Assembly (NCBI GenBank): GCA_047600485.1
Contig: JASGKS010000001.1
Coordinates: 6,848,259 to 6,912,258 of the forward strand
Source of the DNA: Archangium sp.
Lineage (GTDB): Bacteria; Myxococcota; Myxococcia; Myxococcales; Myxococcaceae
Direction: 5' to 3'
Length of the DNA: 64,000 bases
The notes under the pieces were generated by a model that saw only the letters and a program-made list of their open reading frames with translations, was not told the DNA's origin and did not search any database. The position numbers and the translations under genes were made by a program. Positions 26,246 through 36,215 of this stretch are shown in pieces; position 1 is the stretch's first letter; every line of letters starts with the position of its first letter.

Positions 26246-29200
26246 ATGCTGCGAATCGCATTCGTCGTCGCGATGGTGGCCGCGCTGATCAGCGGCTGCG
26301 CTTCGGTCACTCCCTCACTCACGCGCGTGCCGGTGCAAGACGAGCAGAAGCTGCTCGCCGCCGTCGAGGCCTACTACCGCGCGGAGACGCCGGAGCAATT
26401 GCAGGTGGCGCTCCTCGCCGCGCAGGCCGCCGGTAAAGACACTGCGCTCTTCCACGACCTCGCGGCGCGTCAGGCCCAGCTCGAAGCGCGTGACGCCGAC
26501 GTCATCGCGCACCTCGTCGCCGCGCTGCTCGACACCAACGACGACGTGGCGCTGATGCACCTGCACCAGCTCGCCGCCAACGACTTCACGTGGGAGCAAC
26601 GCCCGGTGGTGCGCGGGTTGTTCAAGGCGTTGTCGGAAAGTCACCCCGACCCCGAGGTGCGCGCGCTCGCCGCGTTCCAGCTCGCGCCGATGCTCAACGC
26701 CGAAGGAGACCTCACCGGCCGCGACACGGTCATCGGCGGCATCCCCGGTCAGCTCGACTTCTCGTTCGTCGGCACGTGGGACAACGACCAGGGCAAGGGC
26801 TTCGACCTCGAGCTCGCTCCGGAGCTGCGGCCCGACTTGAGCGAGGAATACGAAGGCCGCGCGGGCTCGCTCAAGTGGAGGCACGACGTTCCGAAAGACG
26901 GGCGCGGCCGCTACGACCTCCTGCAGCTGATGACGCCCACGCGCTGGTCGGCGGCGTTCGCGCAAGGAACGTTCGACGTCACCGCCGCGGGCAACCACGC
27001 GTTGCGCATCACCACCAATGATCCACTCAAGGTGTGGGTCGACGGCCGCCTGGTGTTCGCCGCCGCGCAATTGGAACGCAGCGTCTTCGACCAGCTCGTC
27101 ATTCCGCTCGAGCTCAAGGCCGGCAAGCACACCGTGCTCATCAAGTCCGCGCACCGCGAAGGGCTCTGGTACCTGCACGCGCGCGTCACGCCGTTCGACG
27201 GAGTTCCCTTCAAGCCCGCGCTCGAGTCGCTGCTGCAGTGGCGCGTGCGAAACCTGATGGCCACTCCGGCGCGCATGGTGTCGAACTTGGTCGGTTGGGC
27301 GCACCTCGGCGTGGGCGGAGCGACCACCGTGAAAATCGCTGACGCCGCCGCGGCGCGTCTGCCGAAGTCGCTGGTGATGCGCTCCTGGCTCATCGACGCG
27401 CTCTGGTACAACCAGGAGCGTGGTCGCACCGCCGACCTGCTCGCCGCGCTCGACACCGAGGTGGGCGACTCGCTCCCCTTCATTCGGCTGCGGCAGGCGC
27501 GCTTCCACCAGCAGCAGGGTCTGAAGCAGAAGGCGCGCGAGCGTTTGCTGCAGCTGCAGAAAGACAAGCCTCAGCTTCGCGAGGTGTGGGACCTGCTGGT
27601 CGACGTGTGGCGCGGTGAAGGTTGGACGGAAGACGAGCTGCGCACCGCGAAGGAACGCGAGCAGAAGTTCGGTAACACGCCTGATGACGACATCGAGCTC
27701 TCGCGCTCGCTGGTGCGCTACGGCAAGCGCGCCGAGGCCATCGAGGTGCTCGACAAGATGTTGCGTGCGCTGCCGTATTCGCCCGAAGCGCTGCGCCGTG
27801 AAGCCGACCTCGCGTTCGACGCTTCCGATTTCGAGGAGGCGCGCCGTCATCAGGAGGCTCGGCTCGAGTCGTGGCCCACCGACTACTCGACGTGGCTCGC
27901 GCTCGCCGAGACGCAGCGACGCCGTGGAGATTTGAAGGCCGCCGAAGAGGCGCTCTTGAAAGCCGAGGCGCTGTCACCCGAAGCGTCGATTCCGCGGCAG
28001 CGGCGCGGTGACCTCGCGTACGAGCGCGGCGACACCGCGGGAGCGATTGCGTTGTGGAAGCGCGCCGTCGAGCTCAACCCCGAGAACGAAGCGCTCGCCA
28101 ACCGCGTCGACTTCCTCTCGCCCGAGACGCGCGGCCCGTGGATGGCCGACGTGCCCGACGAGACGAAGTTGGAAGCGCTGTGGAAATCGCGCGCGGGCCT
28201 GAAGCAGGAATCCGGCGCCGACGTGGCGTATCTGCTCGACCATGAAGTGACGCTGCTCAACACCGACGGCTCGACCTCGAACGTGGTGTCGGTGGTGATT
28301 CACGCCTTCAACGCGCAGGGCCGCGACCGCATCATTCGCCAGTCGGTGGGCGGCGGACGGCTGCGCGTGCTCCACGCCTACGCAGTCGACGACAAGGGCC
28401 AGCGCTCGGAAGCGAGCAGCGAGCGCAACAAACAGATTTTCTTCCGCGGCATGCAGCCAGGCTCGACGCTGGTGTTGCAGTACCGGCTCGACTCCCCGCC
28501 GCGCGGCTATCTCGCCCGGTACTACAACGAGACGTGGAGCTTTCAGGGCGTCGGTGACCAGCGCGAAGAATCGACGCTCGTGTTGTGGGCGCCGCTGAGC
28601 GCGAAGCTGCACGAGTTCCAGGTCGGTGAAGTGCAGCACACCGAGGAGAAGCGCGGCGATTTGCTCCGCTTCACGTGGACCACGAAGAAGACGCCGCCGC
28701 TCATCAGCGAGCCGTCGATGCCCACCGTCGGAGAGCTGGCCATCAACCTCTCGCTGTCCACCGTGCCCGACTGGAAGGTCTGGCTCTCGTGGGAACAAGC
28801 GCTGCTGGAAGGCGTGTTCCGCGACAGCCCCGAGCTCGACGTCATCGCGAGCGGCTTGAATCGCGGCAACCCCGACGCGCAGGAAAAGCTCGACCGCATT
28901 CACACCTTCGTCATGGAGGAGATTCGCTACCAGCAGGACTACGAGACCTTCATCGCCGGCGTGAAGCCGCACCCCGCGTCGATGACGCTCGAGCGTCGCT
29001 ATGGCGACTGCAAGGACAAGGCGGTGCTGTTCATCGAGCTGGCGCGCAAGCTCGGCCTCGACGCGCACTTCGCGCTGGTGCGCACGCGCGACGTCGGCCC
29101 GGTGAAGAAGGACGTGCCGATGCAGCAGTTCAACCACGCCATCGTGTACGTGCCCGAGCAGCCCGGCGTGGCGGCGCGCTTCTTCGACCCCACGGCTGAA

Positions 29201-29986
29201 TTGCTCGACGTGGCCGCGGTGCGCACCGACGACGTGGGCACCATGTCGCTGGTGTTCGACCCGAAGACGAACATCCACACGTGGCGCGAGATTCCGTTCC
29301 AGGACGCGTCGTTCAACGCGGAGACCACGCGGCTCTCGCTCGATCTCGACGGCACCGGCGGCGCAAAGGGCACGCTCACGCTCGAGACCGTCGGCCGCAC
29401 CGGCTCGCTCATTCGTCGCATGGCGAAGAACGAGCAGGTCTTCTCGCAAGTCGGTCAGCGCATCGCGAGTTCGTACCTGCCCAACGCCACGATGTCTGAT
29501 CTGCGCGCGCTTGAAGTCGAGTCGCTGCGCGTGCCGGCCGCGATGCGGATGGAAGTGAAGAGCAGCACGCTGGCGCGCACCGAGGGCGACACGCTGCGGC
29601 TCAAGCTGCCGAGCGACGCCAACCCGCGAAACACGTTCTCGCTCGCGACGCGCAAGCACCCGCTGCTGCTCGGCACTCCGCAGCTGAACGCGATGGAGCT
29701 CGAGCTGACGCTGCCCGAGGGCTTCGAGGCGAAGAAGCTGCCTGCGTCGGCGACGGTGACGCTGCCGTGTCTGTCATTGAGTCGCGAGGTGAAGAGCGAA
29801 GGCCGTGTGGTGAAGAGCAAGCAGACGTGGCGCACCACCTGCGAGCGCATTCCTGCGCAGGACTACGCGGCGTACCGCGCGAAGCTCGACGACATGGTGC
29901 GGCTGCTCGACGACGAGCTGGTGTTCGGTCCCGCGGCTGCGAAGGGCGCGCCGAAGAAGCCGGTCGCTGCTCCGGCGAAGAAATAG
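26246..29986 (+). CDS. DUF3857-like / TPR-repeat / transglutaminase-like-core giant protein (1246 aa)
   Basis: Signal or lipobox LISGCAS. There are central TPR-like helical repeats (..ALLKAEALSPEAS..GDTAGAIALWKRAVELNPENEALAN..) and a C-terminal transglutaminase-like core ERRYGDCKDKAVLFIELARKLGLDAHFALVRTRD with the catalytic Cys context. Confidence 0.6.
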   Translation: MLRIAFVVAMVAALISGCASVTPSLTRVPVQDEQKLLAAVEAYYRAETPEQLQVALLAAQAAGKDTALFHDLAARQAQLEARDADVIAHLVAALLDTNDDVALMHLHQLAANDFTWEQRPVVRGLFKALSESHPDPEVRALAAFQLAPMLNAEGDLTGRDTVIGGIPGQLDFSFVGTWDNDQGKGFDLELAPELRPDLSEEYEGRAGSLKWRHDVPKDGRGRYDLLQLMTPTRWSAAFAQGTFDVTAAGNHALRITTNDPLKVWVDGRLVFAAAQLERSVFDQLVIPLELKAGKHTVLIKSAHREGLWYLHARVTPFDGVPFKPALESLLQWRVRNLMATPARMVSNLVGWAHLGVGGATTVKIADAAAARLPKSLVMRSWLIDALWYNQERGRTADLLAALDTEVGDSLPFIRLRQARFHQQQGLKQKARERLLQLQKDKPQLREVWDLLVDVWRGEGWTEDELRTAKEREQKFGNTPDDDIELSRSLVRYGKRAEAIEVLDKMLRALPYSPEALRREADLAFDASDFEEARRHQEARLESWPTDYSTWLALAETQRRRGDLKAAEEALLKAEALSPEASIPRQRRGDLAYERGDTAGAIALWKRAVELNPENEALANRVDFLSPETRGPWMADVPDETKLEALWKSRAGLKQESGADVAYLLDHEVTLLNTDGSTSNVVSVVIHAFNAQGRDRIIRQSVGGGRLRVLHAYAVDDKGQRSEASSERNKQIFFRGMQPGSTLVLQYRLDSPPRGYLARYYNETWSFQGVGDQREESTLVLWAPLSAKLHEFQVGEVQHTEEKRGDLLRFTWTTKKTPPLISEPSMPTVGELAINLSLSTVPDWKVWLSWEQALLEGVFRDSPELDVIASGLNRGNPDAQEKLDRIHTFVMEEIRYQQDYETFIAGVKPHPASMTLERRYGDCKDKAVLFIELARKLGLDAHFALVRTRDVGPVKKDVPMQQFNHAIVYVPEQPGVAARFFDPTAELLDVAAVRTDDVGTMSLVFDPKTNIHTWREIPFQDASFNAETTRLSLDLDGTGGAKGTLTLETVGRTGSLIRRMAKNEQVFSQVGQRIASSYLPNATMSDLRALEVESLRVPAAMRMEVKSSTLARTEGDTLRLKLPSDANPRNTFSLATRKHPLLLGTPQLNAMELELTLPEGFEAKKLPASATVTLPCLSLSREVKSEGRVVKSKQTWRTTCERIPAQDYAAYRAKLDDMVRLLDDELVFGPAAAKGAPKKPVAAPAKK

Positions 29987-29989
29987 CTC

Positions 29990-31177
29990 TTACGGACTCA
30001 GCGCGGGCAGCAGCTCGAAGCCGACGCGGCGGTTCTGCTCGAGGCACGCCGCGTCCTTGCCGTCCTTGCAGAGCGGCTTGCTGTCGCCCCACGACGCGCT
30101 CTCGATTCGCTCGGGGTCCATGCCGCACTTCACGAGCTGCGCGCTGACACTGCCCGCGCGCGTCGCCGAGAGTCGTGCGTTGCCCGCGCGCGTGCCTTTC
30201 TCGTCGGCGTGACCGATGACCTTCACGCGAATGTCGGAGCGCTCCGCAGCGAGCTTGCACACCTCGGCGATGGTCGCCAGGAAGCGCGACTGAATCACGT
30301 CGGAGCCCATCGCGAAGTACACCGTCTGCGGCAGCATCTCGCCGTGCCCGCGGGCGACGACGACCTTCTCCACCACTTTCTCCTTCGCAGGCTCGACGTC
30401 AGCGCAGCCGTCGTCGTCTTCGAAGCCGTTGCGCACTTCGGCGATGAGCGGGCACTTGTCGCTCGCGTCGGCCACTCCGTCACCGTCGTGGTCGTCTTCG
30501 GGGCAGCCGTCGCCGTCACCGATTCCGTCTTTGTCTTCCGCCTGCGTGACGCACTTGTCGACGTCGTCTTTGAGACCGTCGTTGTCGGTGTCGGCCACCA
30601 CCACGGGAGCGACCTCGACGGGCCGCGCCGCCGGCTTCTCGCTCGCGAAACCCTCGAGCGGCACCACGACGTTTCCGCCGAAGGTGAGCAGATGCCCGTC
30701 GTCGTTGGGCCGCAACTCGTCGGGCTGCACGATGTGCTGGTAGCGCGCCATCAAGCCGAGCCCGAGCCACTTCGCCGGGTAGAAGGTCCACCCTGCGCCC
30801 GCATCGAAGGTGAAGCGGAGGAACGGGCCGGTGAAGCCCGGGCCCACGTTGAAGTCGACGAACGGCCCGCCCGCGGTGGGATGAAATTTGAACGACGCAC
30901 GCAGGCCCACGGTCGCCGTCGCGAGATTGCCCGGCGCCTGATTCGCGACCGGGTACCACGCAGAACCGATGCCGAGCTGCGCGAACAAGGGGCCGATGAG
31001 CCGCACGCCCGCGCGCACGTTGCCGCCGCCGCCCCACGTGAAGCGATCTCGATACGTCGGCGTGAGCATCATCTGGCTCGTGCCCTCGAGACCGAACGTC
31101 AACGCACCTGGAGAACCCTGCTGCTGCGCGAACGACACGGCGCTCGACAACGCGACCACCAGAGCGAGCGCTCTCAT
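29990..31177 (-). CDS. OmpA-family outer-membrane protein with thrombospondin type 3 (TSP3) Ca-binding repeats
   Basis: The start MRALALVVALSSAVSFAQQ overlaps the upstream gene's stop as ATGA. It has an N-terminal beta-barrel, TSP3 repeats DTDNDGLKDDVDKC and DKDGIGDGDGCPEDDHDGDGVADASDKCP, and a C-terminal OmpA domain (..VIGHADEKGTRAGNARLSATRAGSV..). The first ~365 codons of track ORF 29990..32272 are wrong-frame antisense to the Cys-repeat array and are rejected. Confidence 0.8.
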   Translation of the reverse strand: MRALALVVALSSAVSFAQQQGSPGALTFGLEGTSQMMLTPTYRDRFTWGGGGNVRAGVRLIGPLFAQLGIGSAWYPVANQAPGNLATATVGLRASFKFHPTAGGPFVDFNVGPGFTGPFLRFTFDAGAGWTFYPAKWLGLGLMARYQHIVQPDELRPNDDGHLLTFGGNVVVPLEGFASEKPAARPVEVAPVVVADTDNDGLKDDVDKCVTQAEDKDGIGDGDGCPEDDHDGDGVADASDKCPLIAEVRNGFEDDDGCADVEPAKEKVVEKVVVARGHGEMLPQTVYFAMGSDVIQSRFLATIAEVCKLAAERSDIRVKVIGHADEKGTRAGNARLSATRAGSVSAQLVKCGMDPERIESASWGDSKPLCKDGKDAACLEQNRRVGFELLPALSP

Positions 31178-34100
31178 CGCGTCACCTGGATTTGGTAGCT
31201 CGCGCAGTTCACTCCGCCGGCGGGTCTCAACACGCGAATGAAGATGGTGGCGGGCCACGTCACGTTGCGCGTCTGCCAGAACGAGCCAGCGACGTTGTCG
31301 GTGAAGGCCCAGTTGGTGACGTTGATGCCGCACATCGCGCCGCTGCTGCACGTCGTCCACACCTGCATCGCGAACGCGTTGCCCGGGTTCGACGCGAACG
31401 CCACCGTCGGCGTGCCCGTGCCGTGGAGCCCCGTGTCCGGGTTGAACGGGAACTGCACCGAGTACCAATCCTCCTGGCCGTTCGCGGGAATCGAGCTCAC
31501 CGGCGTCAGCACCACCGCGCCGACCGGCAGCGAACCGAGCGACATCGCCGCGCCGCACGTCTCGCTCACCGCGTTCACGCACGAGCTGCCGCACACCGTC
31601 TGGCCCGAGGGGCACGAGAAGGTGCACGCGCTGCCGAGACAAATCTGGCCCGACGCGCAGGTGATGCCGCAGCCGCCGCAGTTGTTGCGGTCGGTCGTCG
31701 TGTCGCGACACGTGCCGGAGCAATTCTGCGTGCCCGCGGTGCACGACACCTGGCAGCTGCTCGCGGAGCAGACGCGGCCGGCGGCGCACACCACTCCGCA
31801 GCCGCCGCAGTTGTTGCGGTCGGTCGTCGTGTCGCGGCACGTGCCCGAGCAGTTCTGCTGACCCGCCGCGCAGCTGACCTGACAGGTCCCCGACGAGCAG
31901 ACCTGACCGGCGGCGCACACCACGCCGCAGCCACCGCAGTTGTTGCGGTCCGTCTGCGGGTCGCGACACGTGCCGCCGCACAACAGCTGGCCCGACGCGC
32001 AGCTCACCTGACACGTTCCGCTCGAGCACACCTGGCCCGCAGCGCACGTCACGCCGCAGCCGCCGCAGTTGTTTCTGTCGGTCTGCGTGTCGCGGCACGA
32101 GCCGCTGCAGTTGGTCTGTCCCGCTCCGCAGCTCACGGTGCACGACGCGCCGACGCACACCTGACCCGCGGAGCACATGACATTGCAGCCGCCGCAGTTG
32201 AGCCGGTCGTTCTGCAAGTCGCGGCACGTGCCGCCGCAGTTCGACAAGCCCGTGCCGCAGCTCACCTGACACGCGCTACCCGAGCAGATGGAGCCCGCGG
32301 GACACGCGTTGCCGCACGCGCCGCAGTTCAAGCGGTCGGTCGCCGTGTCGCGGCACACGCCGCCGCAGTTGGTCTGGCCACCGCCGCAGCTCACCGTGCA
32401 CGCGCTCGACTGACAGACCTGGCCCGCGGCGCACGCGCTCCCGCAGGCGTTGCAGTTCAAGCGGTCGGTGGTGAGGTCGCGACACGTGCCGCTGCAGTTG
32501 GTGAGCCCCGTTCCACAGCTGACCTGACACGAGCCGCCGCTGCACACCTGGCCCGCGGGGCACGACGTTCCACACGCTCCGCAGTTCGCGCGGTCGGTGG
32601 TGAGGTCGCGACACGTGCCGCTGCAGTTCGACAAGCCGGCGCCGCAGCTCACCGCGCAGCTTCCCGACGAGCACACCTGACCCGCGGTGCACGCCACGCC
32701 GCAGCCGCCGCAGTTCGCGTTGTCGCTGCTGACGTCGCGACACACGCCGCCACAGTTGGTCTGACCGCCGCCGCAGCTCACGGTGCACGTGCTCCCCGCG
32801 CAGACCTGCCCGGCGGGACACGACGTGCCGCACGCGCCGCAGTTCAAGCGGTCGGTGGTGAGGTCGCGACACGAGCCGCTGCAGTCGGTGAGTCCACTTC
32901 CACAGCTCGTGGTGCACGCGCTGCCGCTGCACACCTGGCCGGCCGCGCACGCGCCGTTGCACGCACCGCAGTTCAAGCGGTCGGTGGTGAGGTCGCGACA
33001 GGTGCCCGAACAATTCGTGAGGCCGGTGCCGCAGCTCACGGTGCACACGCCGCCGCTGCACACCTGACCCGCGCCGCACACGTTGCCGCACGCTCCGCAG
33101 TTCGCGCGGTCACTCGCCACGTCACGACACACGCCGGTGCAATTGGTGAGTCCACCGCCGCAGCTCAAGGTGCACGCGCTCGAGGAGCACACTTCGCCCG
33201 CGCCGCAGTTGGTGGTGCAGGTGCCGCAGTGCAGACGGTCGGTGGTGAGGTCGCGACAGGTACCGGAGCAGTTCGTCAGTCCCGCGCCACAGCTCACGGT
33301 GCACGCGGCGCTGCTGCACACCTCGCCCGCGCCGCACCCGACACCGCAGCCGCCGCAGTTCGCGCGGTCGGTCGAGAGGTCGCGGCACACGCCGGTGCAT
33401 TCGGTGAGTCCCGCGCCGCAGCTCACGGTGCACACGCCGCCGCTGCACACCTCGCCTGCGCCGCACGGAGCTCCGCACGCGCCGCAGTGCAGACGGTCGG
33501 AGCCGAGGTCTCGGCACACGCCTCCGCAGTTGGTGAGTCCACTGCCGCAGCTCACCGTGCACGCGCCGCCGGTGCACACCTGCCCCGCGGGACACGAAGC
33601 GCCGCACGCGTTGCAGTTCAAACGGTCGTTCGACAAGTCGCGGCACACGCCGGAGCAATTGGTGAGCCCCACGCCGCAGTTCACGGTGCACGAGCTCGCG
33701 CTGCACAGCTGTCCCGACGTGCACGCGTTGCCGCACGTGCCGCAGTTGGAGCGGTCGGTGACGAGGTCACGACACACGCCGCCGCAGTCGGTGAGCGACG
33801 CTCCGCACGAAGTGGTGCACACGCCGCCGCTGCACACCTGGCCCGCCGCGCACGCGTTGCCGCACATTCCACAGTTCGCGCGGTCGCTCGCCACGTCACG
33901 GCACACGCCGCCGCAATCGGTGAGCCCGCTCGAGCAGCTCACCTGACACGTTCCGCTCGAGCACACTTCACCGGCGCCGCACGTCACGCCACACGCACCG
34001 CAGTGCGCGCGATCGGTCGCGAGGTCGCGGCAGGTGCCGCCGCAGTTGGTGAAGCCCGCTCCGCAGCTGACCTGACACGCGCCGTTGCTGCACACCTGCC

Positions 34101-36153
34101 CGGCCGCGCACATCGTTCCGCACGCGCCGCAGTTGGTGCGGTCGGTGCCCAGGTCGCGACACGAGCCCATGCAGTCGGTGAGTCCCGCGCCGCACGTCGT
34201 GGTGCACGCGCTGCTGCTGCAGACCTGGCCGTTGCCGCACGGAGCACCGCACGCACCGCAGTTCGAGAAATCGGTGGCGAGGTCGCGACAGGTGCCGGAG
34301 CAATTGGTGAGCCCGGTGGTGCAGCTCACCTGGCACATGCCGGCGCTGCAGATGCTGCCCGACGCGCAGGTGATGCCGCAGCCGCCGCAGTTCAGTCGGT
34401 CGGTCGCCGTGTCACGGCACGAGCCCGAGCAGTTGGTGAGCCCCGAGCCGCAGCTCGTCGCGCACGTTCCACCGACGCACTGCGTGCCGGCGACGCACAC
34501 TGTTCCGCACGCGCCACATGCAAGTGGGTCGGTGGTGGTGTCGCGACAGATGCCGCCGCAGTCGGTGAGTCCGCTCGCGCAGGTGGTGCCGCACGTTCCG
34601 CTCGAGCACACCTGGCCCGACGCGCACGCGGTGGTGCAGTTGCCGCAGTGCAAGCGGTCGGTCGCGGTGTCTCGACACACGCCGCTGCAGTCGGTGAGCC
34701 CGGAGCCGCAGCTGACCTGACACGTTCCGCTCGAGCACACTTCGCCCGCCGCGCACGCCACGCCGCAGCCGCCGCAGTTCAAGCGGTCGGTGCCGAGGTC
34801 GCGACACACGCCGCCGCAATTGGTCGAGCCCGCTCCACAGGTCACGGTGCACGCGCCGCTGCTGCACACCTGGCCCGCGCTGCACGCGTTGCCGCACGCG
34901 TTGCAGTTCAAGCGGTCGTTCGACAGGTCGCGACACACGCCGTTGCAGTCCGACATGCCGGAGCCACAGCTCACCTGACACACGCCGTTGCTGCACACCT
35001 CTCCGGCGCCGCAGGTCGTCGCGCACGCGCCGCAGTGCAATCGGTCGGCGGACAAGTCGCGGCACACGCCGGAACATTCGGTGAGCCCCGCGCCGCAGCT
35101 CACCTCACACGCGCCCACGGTGCAGACGAGACCACTCATGCAGCTCGTGCCGCAGGTTCCACAGTTCGCGCGGTCCGTGGAGAGGTCGCGGCAGGTGCCG
35201 TTGCAGTTGGCGAGGCCGCTCGCGCAGCTGAGCTGACAGGTTCCGTTGCTGCACACCTCGCCCGCGCCGCAGGCCGTTCCGCACGCTCCGCAATTCAACC
35301 GATCAGTTGAATAATCGCGGCAGGTGCCAGCACACAGCGAGAGGCCCGCACCGCAGCTGACCTGACACGTGCCGTTGCTGCACACCTGGCCGGCGCCGCA
35401 CGACGTTCCGCACGCGCCGCAGTTGGCGAGGTCGGTCGAGGTGTCGCGGCAGGTGCCGTTGCAGTTGGTGAGGCTGCCGCCGCAGGTGACGGCGCACGTC
35501 GAGTTGCTGCACACCGTTCCCGACGGGCAGGCGTTGCCGCACGCGCCGCAGTGCAGCCGGCTCGCGGTGAGGTCGAAGCACTGACCGTTGCACTGAGTCT
35601 GGCCGCTCGGACATGCGACCTGACAGAGGCCCGCCTGACACGCTTCTCCGACGGCGCACGCGTTGCCGCACGAGCCACAGTCATCGGGGTCTCGCGTGAG
35701 GTCGGCACAGTGCGTGACGCCGCCCGAGGTGCAGGTGGCGAGCATCGCGCTGCAGGTGAGCTGGCAGGTGCCCTGGTCGCAGACGAGGCCGGGGTCGCAC
35801 GCAGTGCCGCACGCGCCGCAGTGACGCAGGTCGGTGTTGGGGTCGACGCACCGGCCTTCACACTGCAGCTGGCCCGAGGGGCACGTGAGCGAACAGCTGC
35901 CATTCACACACACTTCGCCGCTCGCGCAGGCGGTGCCGCACGCTCCGCAGTTGCGCGCGTCGACGGTCGCGTCGACACATTGATCAGTGCACCACAGCTG
36001 CGTCGCGGGACAGGACGCGAGCGGGTCGATGCCTGCGTCTTCGATGAAGCCGCCCACCAGAGGCTGGCAGACGCAACCGCTCAACGAAGACCACACGAGC
36101 ACGACGGTGAAGCGGGCGAAGCGAGTCACGGGCGCTCCAACGAGAACGTTCAC
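31174..36153 (-). CDS. Giant secreted protein or lipoprotein (1659 aa) built from ~33 tandem 43-aa, 8-Cys repeats (Myxococcus cysteine-rich repeat type) plus a ~150-aa C-terminal beta-rich domain
   Basis: Start MNVLVGAPVTRFARFTVVLVWSSLSGC. The unit is C.(A/S)GLT(N/D)C.G.CRDL.TDR.NCG.CG..C..G.VCS.G.C.VS, repeated with exact 43-aa periodicity. It resembles the TIGR02232-type Myxococcus cysteine-rich repeat. The C-terminus ends ..WQTRNVTWPATIFIRVLRPAGGVNCASYQIQVTR. Confidence 0.8.
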   Translation of the reverse strand: MNVLVGAPVTRFARFTVVLVWSSLSGCVCQPLVGGFIEDAGIDPLASCPATQLWCTDQCVDATVDARNCGACGTACASGEVCVNGSCSLTCPSGQLQCEGRCVDPNTDLRHCGACGTACDPGLVCDQGTCQLTCSAMLATCTSGGVTHCADLTRDPDDCGSCGNACAVGEACQAGLCQVACPSGQTQCNGQCFDLTASRLHCGACGNACPSGTVCSNSTCAVTCGGSLTNCNGTCRDTSTDLANCGACGTSCGAGQVCSNGTCQVSCGAGLSLCAGTCRDYSTDRLNCGACGTACGAGEVCSNGTCQLSCASGLANCNGTCRDLSTDRANCGTCGTSCMSGLVCTVGACEVSCGAGLTECSGVCRDLSADRLHCGACATTCGAGEVCSNGVCQVSCGSGMSDCNGVCRDLSNDRLNCNACGNACSAGQVCSSGACTVTCGAGSTNCGGVCRDLGTDRLNCGGCGVACAAGEVCSSGTCQVSCGSGLTDCSGVCRDTATDRLHCGNCTTACASGQVCSSGTCGTTCASGLTDCGGICRDTTTDPLACGACGTVCVAGTQCVGGTCATSCGSGLTNCSGSCRDTATDRLNCGGCGITCASGSICSAGMCQVSCTTGLTNCSGTCRDLATDFSNCGACGAPCGNGQVCSSSACTTTCGAGLTDCMGSCRDLGTDRTNCGACGTMCAAGQVCSNGACQVSCGAGFTNCGGTCRDLATDRAHCGACGVTCGAGEVCSSGTCQVSCSSGLTDCGGVCRDVASDRANCGMCGNACAAGQVCSGGVCTTSCGASLTDCGGVCRDLVTDRSNCGTCGNACTSGQLCSASSCTVNCGVGLTNCSGVCRDLSNDRLNCNACGASCPAGQVCTGGACTVSCGSGLTNCGGVCRDLGSDRLHCGACGAPCGAGEVCSGGVCTVSCGAGLTECTGVCRDLSTDRANCGGCGVGCGAGEVCSSAACTVSCGAGLTNCSGTCRDLTTDRLHCGTCTTNCGAGEVCSSSACTLSCGGGLTNCTGVCRDVASDRANCGACGNVCGAGQVCSGGVCTVSCGTGLTNCSGTCRDLTTDRLNCGACNGACAAGQVCSGSACTTSCGSGLTDCSGSCRDLTTDRLNCGACGTSCPAGQVCAGSTCTVSCGGGQTNCGGVCRDVSSDNANCGGCGVACTAGQVCSSGSCAVSCGAGLSNCSGTCRDLTTDRANCGACGTSCPAGQVCSGGSCQVSCGTGLTNCSGTCRDLTTDRLNCNACGSACAAGQVCQSSACTVSCGGGQTNCGGVCRDTATDRLNCGACGNACPAGSICSGSACQVSCGTGLSNCGGTCRDLQNDRLNCGGCNVMCSAGQVCVGASCTVSCGAGQTNCSGSCRDTQTDRNNCGGCGVTCAAGQVCSSGTCQVSCASGQLLCGGTCRDPQTDRNNCGGCGVVCAAGQVCSSGTCQVSCAAGQQNCSGTCRDTTTDRNNCGGCGVVCAAGRVCSASSCQVSCTAGTQNCSGTCRDTTTDRNNCGGCGITCASGQICLGSACTFSCPSGQTVCGSSCVNAVSETCGAAMSLGSLPVGAVVLTPVSSIPANGQEDWYSVQFPFNPDTGLHGTGTPTVAFASNPGNAFAMQVWTTCSSGAMCGINVTNWAFTDNVAGSFWQTRNVTWPATIFIRVLRPAGGVNCASYQIQVTR
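31656..35976 (-). repeat. Tandem DNA repeat array, 129-bp unit x ~33, encoding the Cys-rich repeats
   Basis: The 43-codon periodicity of the protein implies a 129-bp unit. Long spurious ORFs on the antisense strand (e.g. 31192..35310, 1372 aa) are a by-product. Confidence 0.65.
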
Positions 36154-36215
36154 AGCAGCTCACCGACGCCGACGCGGGCGCATCAGACCATGGCGGCCCG
36201 AGCGCAGCTACACGC

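Noticed and set aside
29990-32272. 760-aa track ORF on the minus strand
   Set aside because: Only the last 395 aa (from MRALALVV) are the OmpA/TSP3 protein. The upstream part is a wrong-frame read through the Cys-repeat array. The true boundary is the ATGA overlap at 31174-31177.
31192-35310. 1372-aa plus-strand ORF, and many other 60-300-aa ORFs on both strands across 31.2-36.1 kb
   Set aside because: They are antisense or out-of-frame readings of the 129-bp tandem array encoding the Cys-rich repeats. The Arg/Ala/His-rich translations have no domain content. The real gene is the minus-strand 31174..36153 ORF.
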